Shown: positions 52,186 through 61,148 of the stretch, piece after piece
Position numbering within the stretch: the stretch's first letter is position 1
Layout: every line of letters begins with the position of its first letter
From: an uncultured bacterium
Lineage (GTDB): Bacteria > Armatimonadota > Abditibacteriia > Abditibacteriales > Abditibacteriaceae
NCBI GenBank assembly: GCA_963843795.1
Contig: CAWJLW010000010.1
Location: forward strand, 124,001-188,000
Direction: 5' to 3'
DNA: 64,000 nucleotides
The notes under the pieces: model-generated
What the model was told of the DNA's origin: nothing
The model's database searches: none
The model's input: the letters and a program-made list of their open reading frames with translations, nothing else
Made by a program: the position numbers and the translations under genes

Positions 52186-52665
52186 TCACGGTGCGCAGCC
52201 ATTGCCGACCAGATTGAAATCGGGCAACTCATCGCCGCGCGCGGCGGCCAGAAGCGCTTGCTCGACGATGCCGGGCAATTGTTCGCTGGCGCCTTCGTAA
52301 GTGGCGAGAATGCGACCATCGGAATCGATGAAAACGACCGTGGGCACGCGCGTAATCGCGTAATCTTCGCGAATGCTGCGGTCGCTATCGACGCCCAGAA
52401 AAATGTTGATATCGTTTTCGCGCGCGAATTTGCGCACGGTTTCGACCGTGTCTTGGCCGCACGCGATGCCCAGAATCGGAATATCGATGTCGTCTTTGCG
52501 ATCATAAACCGCATCAAGTTCGGGCAGCATGGTGCGGCTCCAGGTGCAGGCGGTGTGGAAGAAATTCAACACCACCGGCGCGCCGCTCATTTCGCTCAGG
52601 CTCACCGATTCGCCATCCAAATCGGTCAATTCAAAATCCGGCGCCATCGTTCCCACTGTCAACAT
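52186..52665 (-). CDS. Redoxin (TlpA/AhpC-TSA family thioredoxin fold) with CxxS site
   Basis: APDFELTDLDGESVSLS, FFHTACTWS and cis-Pro motif VPTVVFIDSDGRI. GAGG ribosome-binding site. Confidence 0.82.
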   Translation of the reverse strand: MLTVGTMAPDFELTDLDGESVSLSEMSGAPVVLNFFHTACTWSRTMLPELDAVYDRKDDIDIPILGIACGQDTVETVRKFARENDINIFLGVDSDRSIREDYAITRVPTVVFIDSDGRILATYEGASEQLPGIVEQALLAAARGDELPDFNLVGNGCAP

Positions 52666-52676
52666 AATATTCCTCT

Positions 52677-53549
52677 TTAATTTTCGTCCAATAAATTACA
52701 AACCGCTTCCACGCGCGCTAAATACGCGCGCCCGAAGTGATTCAAATGATTCAACAAATGCACCAATTGATGCAACGCACGCCGCTTTTCAGAGCCACTT
52801 TGCAACGGCCATTCCTGATTATAAGCACGGTAGAATTCCGCATCAAAACCGCCGAACAGTTCGCAATAAGCGATTTCGATTTCACGCTCGCCATAATAAA
52901 CGCACGCATCGAATACAAACGGTTGGCCGCTTGCATCGAACAGAAAATTTCCGCTCCACAAGTCGCCGTGCAGCAAACTGGGCACCGATTCCAAATCGTG
53001 CAAATATCGCGGCACGTTATCGATAATGCCTTTTAAGCGCGCGATTAAATGGGACGGCAACAATTCCAATTCGAGAGCCAGCTTCAGCAGCGGTTGTAAA
53101 CGATTATCGCGCAAAAACTCGCTCCATGTCGCGCGTGGCTGATTTGGCTGCTGCCAGCGTCCCAGATAATTATCGCTTTCAAAGCCAAATTGCGCCGCAC
53201 TTTTCCGATGCTGAAGCGCCAATTGCGCGCCCAAAAGCGCGTGATTGCCAAGCCTTGCGCTTTCAATCCATTCCAAAACGAGAAACTCGGAAGTCGCTGC
53301 AAGTACTTGCGGCACACGCAACGCGTTCGCAGCACCCAACGCGCGCAAACTTTGTGCTTCGGTTGGAAACATTTGGGGCAAGAACTGATTTTTCTCATCT
53401 TGCCATTTGGCAAAATAACGCGCCCTTTGAGTAATAACTTGTGCGCTCTGGCAGATTTCACCGCCACTGACGGCGCGCACATCGAGTATTTTTTCGCCGC
53501 GCTGTTCAAACCAGACGTGCAGCTGGGGCGAGTTATTCCAGTCATTCAT
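52677..53549 (-). CDS. Fructosamine kinase family protein
   Basis: VSGGEI, FGFESDNYLG, PSLLHGDLWSGN, YYGEREIEIA and LNHLNHFG. Confidence 0.9.
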   Translation of the reverse strand: MNDWNNSPQLHVWFEQRGEKILDVRAVSGGEICQSAQVITQRARYFAKWQDEKNQFLPQMFPTEAQSLRALGAANALRVPQVLAATSEFLVLEWIESARLGNHALLGAQLALQHRKSAAQFGFESDNYLGRWQQPNQPRATWSEFLRDNRLQPLLKLALELELLPSHLIARLKGIIDNVPRYLHDLESVPSLLHGDLWSGNFLFDASGQPFVFDACVYYGEREIEIAYCELFGGFDAEFYRAYNQEWPLQSGSEKRRALHQLVHLLNHLNHFGRAYLARVEAVCNLLDEN

Positions 53550-53584
53550 ATTTGAACCGGCTGCAAGTACTTGCCGAACAGTTT

Positions 53585-54067
53585 TCAACGTCCGCGCGCC
53601 AAGCCATGTTCGCGGCAAATCGCGTCCAGCAAACCTTCGCAACCGGCGCGAATCAAATCGTAAACGTCGTCAAATTTGCCATCGAAATACGGATCGGGCA
53701 CTTCGCGCACATCTTGCTGCGGCAGGTAATCCAGCAACAGTTTCACTTCGCGACCACTTGGTAACGCGCCGTGCATAAAGGTAATATCGCTCCGGTTGGT
53801 TTCATCCATCGCTACGAGGTAATCGAAAGTGTCCAGATCGTCGCGCGCAATTTGGCGGGCGCGGCCATCGTAAGCAATGGCATTGCGCCCTAAAACGTCG
53901 AGCGTTCCAACGTGAGCGGGCGTGCCGACATGCCAGCTTCCGGTTCCCGAGGAATCGCTTTCGATGGCATTGTCCAAACCACTTTTGTGCACTAAATGCG
54001 TAAAAATCGCTTCAGCCATCGGGCTGCGACAAATGTTGCCCAGACAAACAAATAAAACTCGAATCAT
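53585..54067 (-). CDS. Low-molecular-weight protein-tyrosine phosphatase
   Basis: P-loop VCLGNICRSPMAE and general-acid motif VPDPY. Confidence 0.95.
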   Translation of the reverse strand: MIRVLFVCLGNICRSPMAEAIFTHLVHKSGLDNAIESDSSGTGSWHVGTPAHVGTLDVLGRNAIAYDGRARQIARDDLDTFDYLVAMDETNRSDITFMHGALPSGREVKLLLDYLPQQDVREVPDPYFDGKFDDVYDLIRAGCEGLLDAICREHGLARGR

Positions 54068-54084
54068 AGTAGCTACTCCCTATC

Positions 54085-54133
54085 AAAGAGATGCCCGCAA
54101 GTACTTGCAGCAAGTACTTGCGGGCATCTCTTT
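54085..54133. terminator. 49-bp hairpin containing two core motifs around a single central A
   Basis: aaagagatgcccgcaagtacttgc-a-gcaagtacttgcgggcatctcttt, after the stop at 54152. Confidence 0.65.
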
Positions 54134-54151
54134 CAGCATTGCATTTGAGGT

Positions 54152-56182
54152 TCAGCCGTCAACGTGAACTTTGGGGCGCCGCATCACATCTTTTTCAGCT
54201 TGTCTTAGCACTTCTCGGGTGACGGGAGCGGTGTCACCTTCACCGAAGAAGATATAGCGCGCCATGAAAACCAGCGGGTTGCCTTCGCTCCACGCGAAAT
54301 ATACATGAGGACGTTTGCCCGTCATATCGCGCAGATACAGCAGCAAGGCCGCTATCGCATTGGGAACCGTCGGGGCTTCCGCCCGCAAAATGCGATAGCC
54401 ATCGACTTCTTCACCGCGCACGGTTAAAACTCCGCTGAATTCGGAGGCATCTTTCACATCAACTTCCAAGAACAGGATCGGATACGAAGCCGGAATGTGC
54501 GAATCGATGCGCTGCATATCTTCTTTGCGCGCATATTCGAGCGCGTTGGCTTCACCGGGCGTATCGCGTTTATGAGCGATGAGGCGCACACCGTTTCTCT
54601 GCGCTTCGCCCTGAGCTTCCATCACGAAACGCTGCGCCGCGCCATCCAAAACCACTTTGTCGATGCGCAGTTCGGTCGAGCGCAGGGCGCGCGAAAGAAT
54701 CGATACAAAGATAATAATGCCGATAAAAACGCCCGCGATCTGCAAGCCTTCGGGCTGATCGTGAATATTTTGATAAGTCGTGTAAATAAAAATCAGCGTG
54801 ATAATGCCAAAGCCGAAAGTCGCCGCGTTTTGCTTGGCGCGCCACGCCGAAAGCGTGACGGCGATGGTTGCCGAAGTCATCAGGGCTAACACTCCGGTTG
54901 CGTATGCGCCCGCCTGCGAATCGACATCAGCATCGAAAGTGTAAGTGACGTAGAAGCAAATCGCGGTAAAAATCAACGTCAACGGACGTGTGGTGCGTGC
55001 CCATTCCGGCGCCATTCCATAGCGCGGCAAATACCGTGGCACGATATTCAATAAACCGGCCATCGCCGAAGCACCTGCAAACCACAAGATAAAAATGGTG
55101 GAAAGGTCGTAAACCGTTCCGACGCCATCGCCGAAATAAAGATGCGCGAGATAAGCCAGCGCACGCCCGTTGGCCGGTCCAGCTTCTTCGGTTTCAGTGG
55201 CTTCTTTGAATAACTCGTGTGGAATGAGAATTGTAGTGACCAAGCTGCTGGCAATTAGCAAAATGCTCATCACAATCGCCGCAGTTGTGAGAAGTTTGCG
55301 GGTGTTGCGGATGCGTCCCTGCGGATTTTCTTCGGTATCTTCGGCATCACCTTTGACCAGCGGCATCACCACAACACCGGTTTCGAAGCCCGATAATCCC
55401 AATGCCAAACGCGGAAACAGCAGCGCTGCGACGCCGAACATAGTCCACAAATTTGGATACTCGGAAAACAAGTTATTTTTCCAGTTGGCAATCAGCTGCG
55501 GGTTTTGTGCGATTTCGATAAATCCGCGCCCGAGAACCACAAGGTTGAAGCTGATATAAAGCGCCACAATCGCGATAGCGATGCCGATGGCTTCGTTGAA
55601 ACCCTTCAAAAATACCGCGCCCAAAAGCGCAATTAAACCCAGCGTGACCAGAACTTCGTGTCCCTGCAAACCCTGCGCGAAGGGGTTTTCCACGATGTGT
55701 TTGGTGGCATCAGCCGCCGAAAGCGTGATGGTAATGACAAAGCCAGTGGCTACGAAACCGATCAAACACAACACGAAAATTTTGCCCTGCCACCACGATA
55801 GCAAGTGTTCGAGCATTGAAATCGAGCCATCGCCGTGCGGACTTTCTCCGGCCACGCGCTTATACATCGGCAGCGCGCCAAAAAGTGTTAGTAAAACCAG
55901 AATAAAAGTCGCGACCGGAGACAGCGCACCCGCCGCCACTGCGGCGATACCGGGCTGATAGCCCAGTGTCGAGAAATAATCCACGCCGGTGAGGCACATC
56001 ACTTTCCACCATGGATGTGTGTGCCCCTGGGCGCTATGCTCTTCTTCGTAGGCAGCTTCGTGCGATGCGCCCGACTGATCGGCCAAAAGCCAGCGGCCAA
56101 ATGGCCCCAATTGCTTGCGATTTTTATGGCCTGCCGGTTCGACCGCATCGGACGAATATGAACTTAAATCTGAATCAACCAT
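54152..56182 (-). CDS. APC-superfamily amino acid/cation transporter (KimA-like architecture), paralogue 1
   Basis: [23 protein letters not shown] and [10 protein letters not shown]; about 12 transmembrane helices plus a cytoplasmic C-terminal domain. Confidence 0.85.
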   Translation of the reverse strand: MVDSDLSSYSSDAVEPAGHKNRKQLGPFGRWLLADQSGASHEAAYEEEHSAQGHTHPWWKVMCLTGVDYFSTLGYQPGIAAVAAGALSPVATFILVLLTLFGALPMYKRVAGESPHGDGSISMLEHLLSWWQGKIFVLCLIGFVATGFVITITLSAADATKHIVENPFAQGLQGHEVLVTLGLIALLGAVFLKGFNEAIGIAIAIVALYISFNLVVLGRGFIEIAQNPQLIANWKNNLFSEYPNLWTMFGVAALLFPRLALGLSGFETGVVVMPLVKGDAEDTEENPQGRIRNTRKLLTTAAIVMSILLIASSLVTTILIPHELFKEATETEEAGPANGRALAYLAHLYFGDGVGTVYDLSTIFILWFAGASAMAGLLNIVPRYLPRYGMAPEWARTTRPLTLIFTAICFYVTYTFDADVDSQAGAYATGVLALMTSATIAVTLSAWRAKQNAATFGFGIITLIFIYTTYQNIHDQPEGLQIAGVFIGIIIFVSILSRALRSTELRIDKVVLDGAAQRFVMEAQGEAQRNGVRLIAHKRDTPGEANALEYARKEDMQRIDSHIPASYPILFLEVDVKDASEFSGVLTVRGEEVDGYRILRAEAPTVPNAIAALLLYLRDMTGKRPHVYFAWSEGNPLVFMARYIFFGEGDTAPVTREVLRQAEKDVMRRPKVHVDG

Positions 56183-56284
56183 TTATAGCGTCCTCGTACC
56201 CGACATTTGCTGGCGTAGCTTTCATGGATTTTTTCATGCGATTTCAACTTAACTCAATCACGCCTTCGTGTCATGCCAAGTCAC

Positions 56285-56320
56285 GCAAGTACTTGCATCG
56301 GCAAGTACTTGCCGATGCAA
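56285..56320. repeat. Two core motifs, the second at the centre of a 28-bp perfect palindrome
   Basis: Copies at 56285 and 56301. Palindrome ttgcatcggcaagtacttgccgatgcaa at 56293-56320. Confidence 0.85.
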
Positions 56321-56345
56321 ATTTCAGCCAGCATTTGACTATCGA

Positions 56346-58424
56346 CTAGCTATCGACATGGATTTTGGGCCGGCGCGCAACATTTTTTTCAGCTTGTCTT
56401 AGCACTTCTCGGGTGACGGGAGCGGTGTCGCCTTCACCGAAGAAGATATAGCGCGCCATGAAAACCAGCGGGTTGCCTTCGCTCCACGCGAAATATACAT
56501 GAGGACGTTTGCCCGTCATATCGCGCAGATACAGCAGCAAGGCCGCTATCGCATTGGGAACCGTCGGGGCTTCCGCCCGCAAAATGCGATAATCGCCAAT
56601 TTGCACGCCACGCACATTCAAGACTCCGCTGAATTCAGAGGCATCGCGCACTTCGATTTCCAAGAACAGGATCGGATACGAAGCTGGAATGTGCGAATCG
56701 ATGCGCTGCATATCTTCTTTAAGCGCATATTCCATTTCGCGTTCACTATCGTTTTTGTCCGGCTCGCGTTTGTGCGCAATCAATCGCACGCCCGTTCTCT
56801 GGGCATCGCCCTGCGCTTCCATCACGAAACGCTGCGCCGCGCCATCCAAAACCACTTCGTCGATGCGCAATTCGGTCGAGCGCGCGATGCGCGAAAGAAT
56901 CGAAACCAGCACGATAATGCCGATAAAAATGCCCGCGATATGCAAACCTTCGGGGCGCTGAAAAATGTTGACGATAGTTGTATAAGCGAAAATCAGCGTC
57001 GTTAGGACAAAGCCAACAAAAGCCCGAGTTTGTTTGAGTTTGCGCGCAGAGAGCATCGCGGCAAACGACGCCGAAGTAATCAAAACCAGCACGCCGGTCG
57101 CATAGGCACCACCTTGAGCATCGACATCGGCCTCAAACGAAATCGTGACCAGAAACGCGATCAACGTAAAAACCAGCACTAAGGGTCGCGCGGCTTTGGC
57201 CCATTCCGGTGCCATACCGTAGCGCGGCAGATAGCGCGGCACCAAATTCAACAACGCCGCCATCGCCGAAGCGCCCGCAAACCACAAAATTAAAATCGTC
57301 GACAAATCGTATAAAGTGCCAAAACTATCGCCGAAAAACCGATGCGCCAGAAGCGCCAGAGCGCGCCCGTTAGCTTGGCCAGCCTTGTCCAAATTTTCGC
57401 AACCCGGGATGCCAACGGTTGTGCCTGCGCCGCAAAAATCCTGCGGCGCGATCAACATCGAAGATACAAAGCTCGATGCAATTAAAAACACGCTCATAAT
57501 CAAGGCCGCAGTCAGCAACAGTTTGCGCGTGTTGCGAATGCGACCCTGCGGAAATTGCTGGTCGTCGTCAGGTTCGCCTTTGACCGTTGGCATCACCGCG
57601 ACGCCAGTTTCAAAGCCCGATAAGCCCAGCGCCAATTTGGGGAAAACCAACAAGGCCAAGCCAATCATCGTGAACGGACTGCCGCCGGTTTTCTGGGTCA
57701 CCATTTGCTGCCAGTGACTGAGATACGCGGGATGAGCGAAGATTTCGATCACACCACGCACGACTACGATGCCATTCAAAACCAAATAGGTAGTGGTCAG
57801 GCCGACCGCGATGCCGATAGCTTCGCTAAAGCCTTTTAAGAATACCGCCGCCAAGAGCGCGATTAAGCCCAGCGTAATAAGCACTTCGTGATGATGCGCA
57901 CCCGCAGGCGCAAAAGGATTGCTCACGATGTGCGCCGTCGCGTCCGCCGCCGAAAGCGTTATCGTGATGATGAAATCGGTGAGTGCAAAGCCCAGTAAGG
58001 CCAGTACGAACAATTTGCCCTGCCACCAGGTCAGCAGCCGTTCCAGCATCGCAATCGAACCTTGTCCATGCGCGCTTTCGCCCGCCACGCGGTAATAGAT
58101 TGGCAGCGCACCGAAAAGCGTCAGCAAGACTAAAATGAACGTCGCGACCGGAGACAGCGCGCCAGCGGCCAAAAACGCAATGCCAGGCTGATAGCCCAGC
58201 GTCGAGAAATAATCGACGCCAGTGAGACACACCACTTTCCACCATGGCTGCGGGTGATGCTGCGCGCTCTGCTCTTTTTGATAAGGAGCCTGATGCGAAG
58301 ACCCCGACTGATCGGCCAAAAGCCAGCGCGTCAACTTTCCCCGACGCCCCTCGCGACGCGGCGCGGGTGGCACAATCGGCTCCAAGCTATCGGCAGAAAA
58401 TGAACCCAAATCCGACTCTACCAT
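56346..58424 (-). CDS. APC-superfamily amino acid/cation transporter, paralogue 2
   Basis: Same motifs as paralogue 1. Start chosen by alignment of MVESDL with MVDSDL. Confidence 0.85.
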   Translation of the reverse strand: MVESDLGSFSADSLEPIVPPAPRREGRRGKLTRWLLADQSGSSHQAPYQKEQSAQHHPQPWWKVVCLTGVDYFSTLGYQPGIAFLAAGALSPVATFILVLLTLFGALPIYYRVAGESAHGQGSIAMLERLLTWWQGKLFVLALLGFALTDFIITITLSAADATAHIVSNPFAPAGAHHHEVLITLGLIALLAAVFLKGFSEAIGIAVGLTTTYLVLNGIVVVRGVIEIFAHPAYLSHWQQMVTQKTGGSPFTMIGLALLVFPKLALGLSGFETGVAVMPTVKGEPDDDQQFPQGRIRNTRKLLLTAALIMSVFLIASSFVSSMLIAPQDFCGAGTTVGIPGCENLDKAGQANGRALALLAHRFFGDSFGTLYDLSTILILWFAGASAMAALLNLVPRYLPRYGMAPEWAKAARPLVLVFTLIAFLVTISFEADVDAQGGAYATGVLVLITSASFAAMLSARKLKQTRAFVGFVLTTLIFAYTTIVNIFQRPEGLHIAGIFIGIIVLVSILSRIARSTELRIDEVVLDGAAQRFVMEAQGDAQRTGVRLIAHKREPDKNDSEREMEYALKEDMQRIDSHIPASYPILFLEIEVRDASEFSGVLNVRGVQIGDYRILRAEAPTVPNAIAALLLYLRDMTGKRPHVYFAWSEGNPLVFMARYIFFGEGDTAPVTREVLRQAEKNVARRPKIHVDS

Positions 58425-58590
58425 GTGGCAATCCACCTTTTTGGCATCAACCGCGCGCCTCATTTAGACACTAAACGCACGCGACGATTTTGTGATTAAT
58501 TTCACAAAGCCAAAAGCGCATTTTAGCAATCTATCTCGCGCGTGTCGAGAGCGATTTACCACAGCAGGGACTTGCTGTAATTACTTAAAA

Positions 58591-58635
58591 AAGAGGGTGC
58601 AAGTACTTGCGCATGGCAAGTACTTGCACCCTCTT
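58591..58635. terminator. Hairpin with two core motifs flanking a 5-nt spacer
   Basis: aagagggtgcaagtacttgc-gcatg-gcaagtacttgcaccctctt, preceded by an A-run (U-tract on the minus strand), after the stop at 58650. Confidence 0.7.
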
Positions 58636-58649
58636 CTGTACCGGCTCAT

Positions 58650-59516
58650 TCACGCCTCAAGAGGCGCGCCGATTTCCTGCAATAAGGCTGTCGCGGTTTG
58701 ACACGCCACGACGAAACATTCTTCTTCACTCATCGCGGAAAATTGCTGATTGCTTTGACCGCTCGGCCCGGTCGCCATCACGGCAGCCGAATGTTTGAGA
58801 TGCGGCTCGACGGCCAGCGGCCCGCTCCAACCGCGCGCCAGTGCGTCGCTGAGAATTTCGCGCGCGCGGCCCGCACCGTGCCCGATGGGAACGTGCTGAT
58901 TTTGCGCGCTGGAATCTTTAAGATGAAAAGCGTCTGTGCAATCGCGCAGCAATTCCCACACTTGCCACACATCTTCGCCGCTCTGATTGTAGTTGTCGAA
59001 ATCAAAAATCAGCTTGAAGTTATCGTCGCGCAGATTCTTAGCAATAGTAAGAACGTCTTTACCCAAATCGCCGAAAATGTGGCGTTCGTTTTCGTGATAT
59101 AAGACTAAATTCACTTCACTCGCCGTGTGCTTTAAGGCCGCCAGACGTTCCAGACTTTTGCTTTGCCATTCGTCGTGACTGAGGCCTTTGGCGTTGTAAT
59201 ACGAAAAAATTCGCACGTTACGGCAACCGAAAATATCGGCCATATCAGCCAGATGGCGCAGCTTATCGTGTTCGGTTGGCATCGGCTCGCTGATATCGAT
59301 TTTGCCAATGGGCGAGCCGAACATCTGGACGGAAATTTTCGCGTCGTCCAACTGTTTTTTAATTTCGCGCGCGCGCACTTTGGGCAAACCGGCGATATTG
59401 AAACCTTCGATGCCGCGAATATCAAGGCGCGTCAAACCAGCTTTGCGCGTGGCGTCGATCTGCATTTGTGTGCTGTCACCGGCTTCGTCGGCAAAAGCGC
59501 TGAGTGTCCAAGTCAT
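58650..59516 (-). CDS. Sugar phosphate isomerase/epimerase (xylose isomerase-like TIM barrel)
   Basis: LSAFADE, GSPIGK, LYHENE, FDFDN, FHLKD and VEPHL. Confidence 0.88.
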   Translation of the reverse strand: MTWTLSAFADEAGDSTQMQIDATRKAGLTRLDIRGIEGFNIAGLPKVRAREIKKQLDDAKISVQMFGSPIGKIDISEPMPTEHDKLRHLADMADIFGCRNVRIFSYYNAKGLSHDEWQSKSLERLAALKHTASEVNLVLYHENERHIFGDLGKDVLTIAKNLRDDNFKLIFDFDNYNQSGEDVWQVWELLRDCTDAFHLKDSSAQNQHVPIGHGAGRAREILSDALARGWSGPLAVEPHLKHSAAVMATGPSGQSNQQFSAMSEEECFVVACQTATALLQEIGAPLEA

Positions 59517-59626
59517 GATGTTTTCCTTTTTGTCTGTCCGTCGTGCTGCAAGTTACTTGCAGCATATTTTAACGACGAAACATCAATTTAACACGATTGG
59601 TAGCGCAGCCGATTATCCTATAAATC

Positions 59627-61060
59627 ATGTCAATTCAATCTTCGCCAGAAGTCGAACCCTCGATTGCGACCGGACAGAAAGCACTCAACATCAATTTGGA
59701 TATTGGGCGTTATGGCACTTTCGCCGAAATCGGTGCGGGACAAGAAGTTGCGCGCTGGTTTTTTCGCGTCGGCGGCGCATCGGGCACGATCGCCAAATCG
59801 ATGTCGGCCTACGATATGACAGTATCCGACGCGATTTATGGCCCGTGCCAGCGTTACGTTTCGTGCGAACGCTTGTTAAAAATGCTCGACCACGAATACG
59901 AACTTTTAGTCGAACGCTTGCAAGCCACGCGCGGCGACAACACGGCCTTTTTCGCCTTCGCCGACACCGTCGCCACGCGCAATTTCAAAGGCACTAACGA
60001 ATGTCACGGCTGGATGGGAGTGCAATTTCAAACCGAGCCGCACGGCGCGCCGCACCATGTCTTGATTCACGCACGGCTGCTCGACCAAAATTCGCTTTCG
60101 CAGCAGGAAGCGATGGGCATTCTGGGCGTCAATTTAGTGCATGGCGCGCTGAATTTATGGCAAACACCCGAAATTCTCATCGAATCGCTGCGCGATAGCT
60201 TAAGTTTGGAGCGTTTGGAAGTCGATATGATTCAGTTTCGCGGCCCGGAATTTTCGCACATCGACCATCGCTTGATGAGCCTGAAATTGGTGCAACTCGG
60301 CCTCAGCAACGCCGCCATGTTTGGCCCGGACGGACAAATTTTGCAACCTTCGGAAACGCTTTACAAGCGCCCGGTCATCGTCGAACGCGGCAGCTTCCGC
60401 CCTTTGACCCTGGTGAATTTGGATATGCTCGATTGTGCTGAGGAGCAATTCAAGTCCGAAAGCGATGTCGAAGCCGAAAATGTGTTGCGTTTGTTTGAAA
60501 TTACCATGACCAATTTGCTGGCCACGCGCACGGAAAACGGCGAAATCGACTACGCCGATTTTCTGGCCCGCGCCGACATTCTGGCCGCGACCGGCGCGAC
60601 AGTTTTAGTTTCCAATTATCTGGAATATTTCCGGTTGGCGGCGTATCTGGCACGCTTCACCAAAAAGAAAATTGGCATTACGATGGGTATTCCCAGCGTG
60701 CGCGAATTGTTCGACGAAAAGTATTACGAGAATTTAGAAGGTGGCATTCTGGAATCGTTCGGGCGCTTGTTCAAAAACGATTTGAAGTTGTACGTTTATC
60801 CCGTTAAAGAAGACGGACATTTGACGACCGTGCAAAAACTCAAAGTCGCGCCACACTTGCAGCATTTATACGAGCATCTAGTCGAAAATGGGTCCATCGA
60901 ATCTTTAGATTTTTATCAGCGCGATTATCTGCATATTTTTTCGCGCGACGTGTTGAAAAAAATTGCGGAGGGCGATGAATCATGGGAAAAAATGGTGCCT
61001 CAATCTGTCGCCGATAGCATTAAAATTCACGGCTATTTCGGTTATCACCAAATAGAATAA
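59627..61060 (+). CDS. Conserved uncharacterised protein with nucleotidyltransferase (NadD-like) C-terminal half
   Basis: YGTFAEIGAGQEVARWFFRVGGASGTIAKSMSAYD, ERGSFRP (cf. GSFNP of NadD-like enzymes) and C-terminal SRDVLKKI...WEKMVPQSVA. No signal peptide. Confidence 0.65.
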   Translation: MSIQSSPEVEPSIATGQKALNINLDIGRYGTFAEIGAGQEVARWFFRVGGASGTIAKSMSAYDMTVSDAIYGPCQRYVSCERLLKMLDHEYELLVERLQATRGDNTAFFAFADTVATRNFKGTNECHGWMGVQFQTEPHGAPHHVLIHARLLDQNSLSQQEAMGILGVNLVHGALNLWQTPEILIESLRDSLSLERLEVDMIQFRGPEFSHIDHRLMSLKLVQLGLSNAAMFGPDGQILQPSETLYKRPVIVERGSFRPLTLVNLDMLDCAEEQFKSESDVEAENVLRLFEITMTNLLATRTENGEIDYADFLARADILAATGATVLVSNYLEYFRLAAYLARFTKKKIGITMGIPSVRELFDEKYYENLEGGILESFGRLFKNDLKLYVYPVKEDGHLTTVQKLKVAPHLQHLYEHLVENGSIESLDFYQRDYLHIFSRDVLKKIAEGDESWEKMVPQSVADSIKIHGYFGYHQIE

Positions 61061-61148
61061 TCTGAAACGAACAAAGAAATGGCAAGCCACCAAAGTTCTT
61101 GTCTCACTTAGCAAGTTACTTGCAGACAAGCCTTCTTTGTTTTGTGGC

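Noticed and set aside
52186..52665. Selenoprotein redoxin
   Set aside because: The active site reads C-T-W-S with ordinary codons and there is no in-frame TGA.
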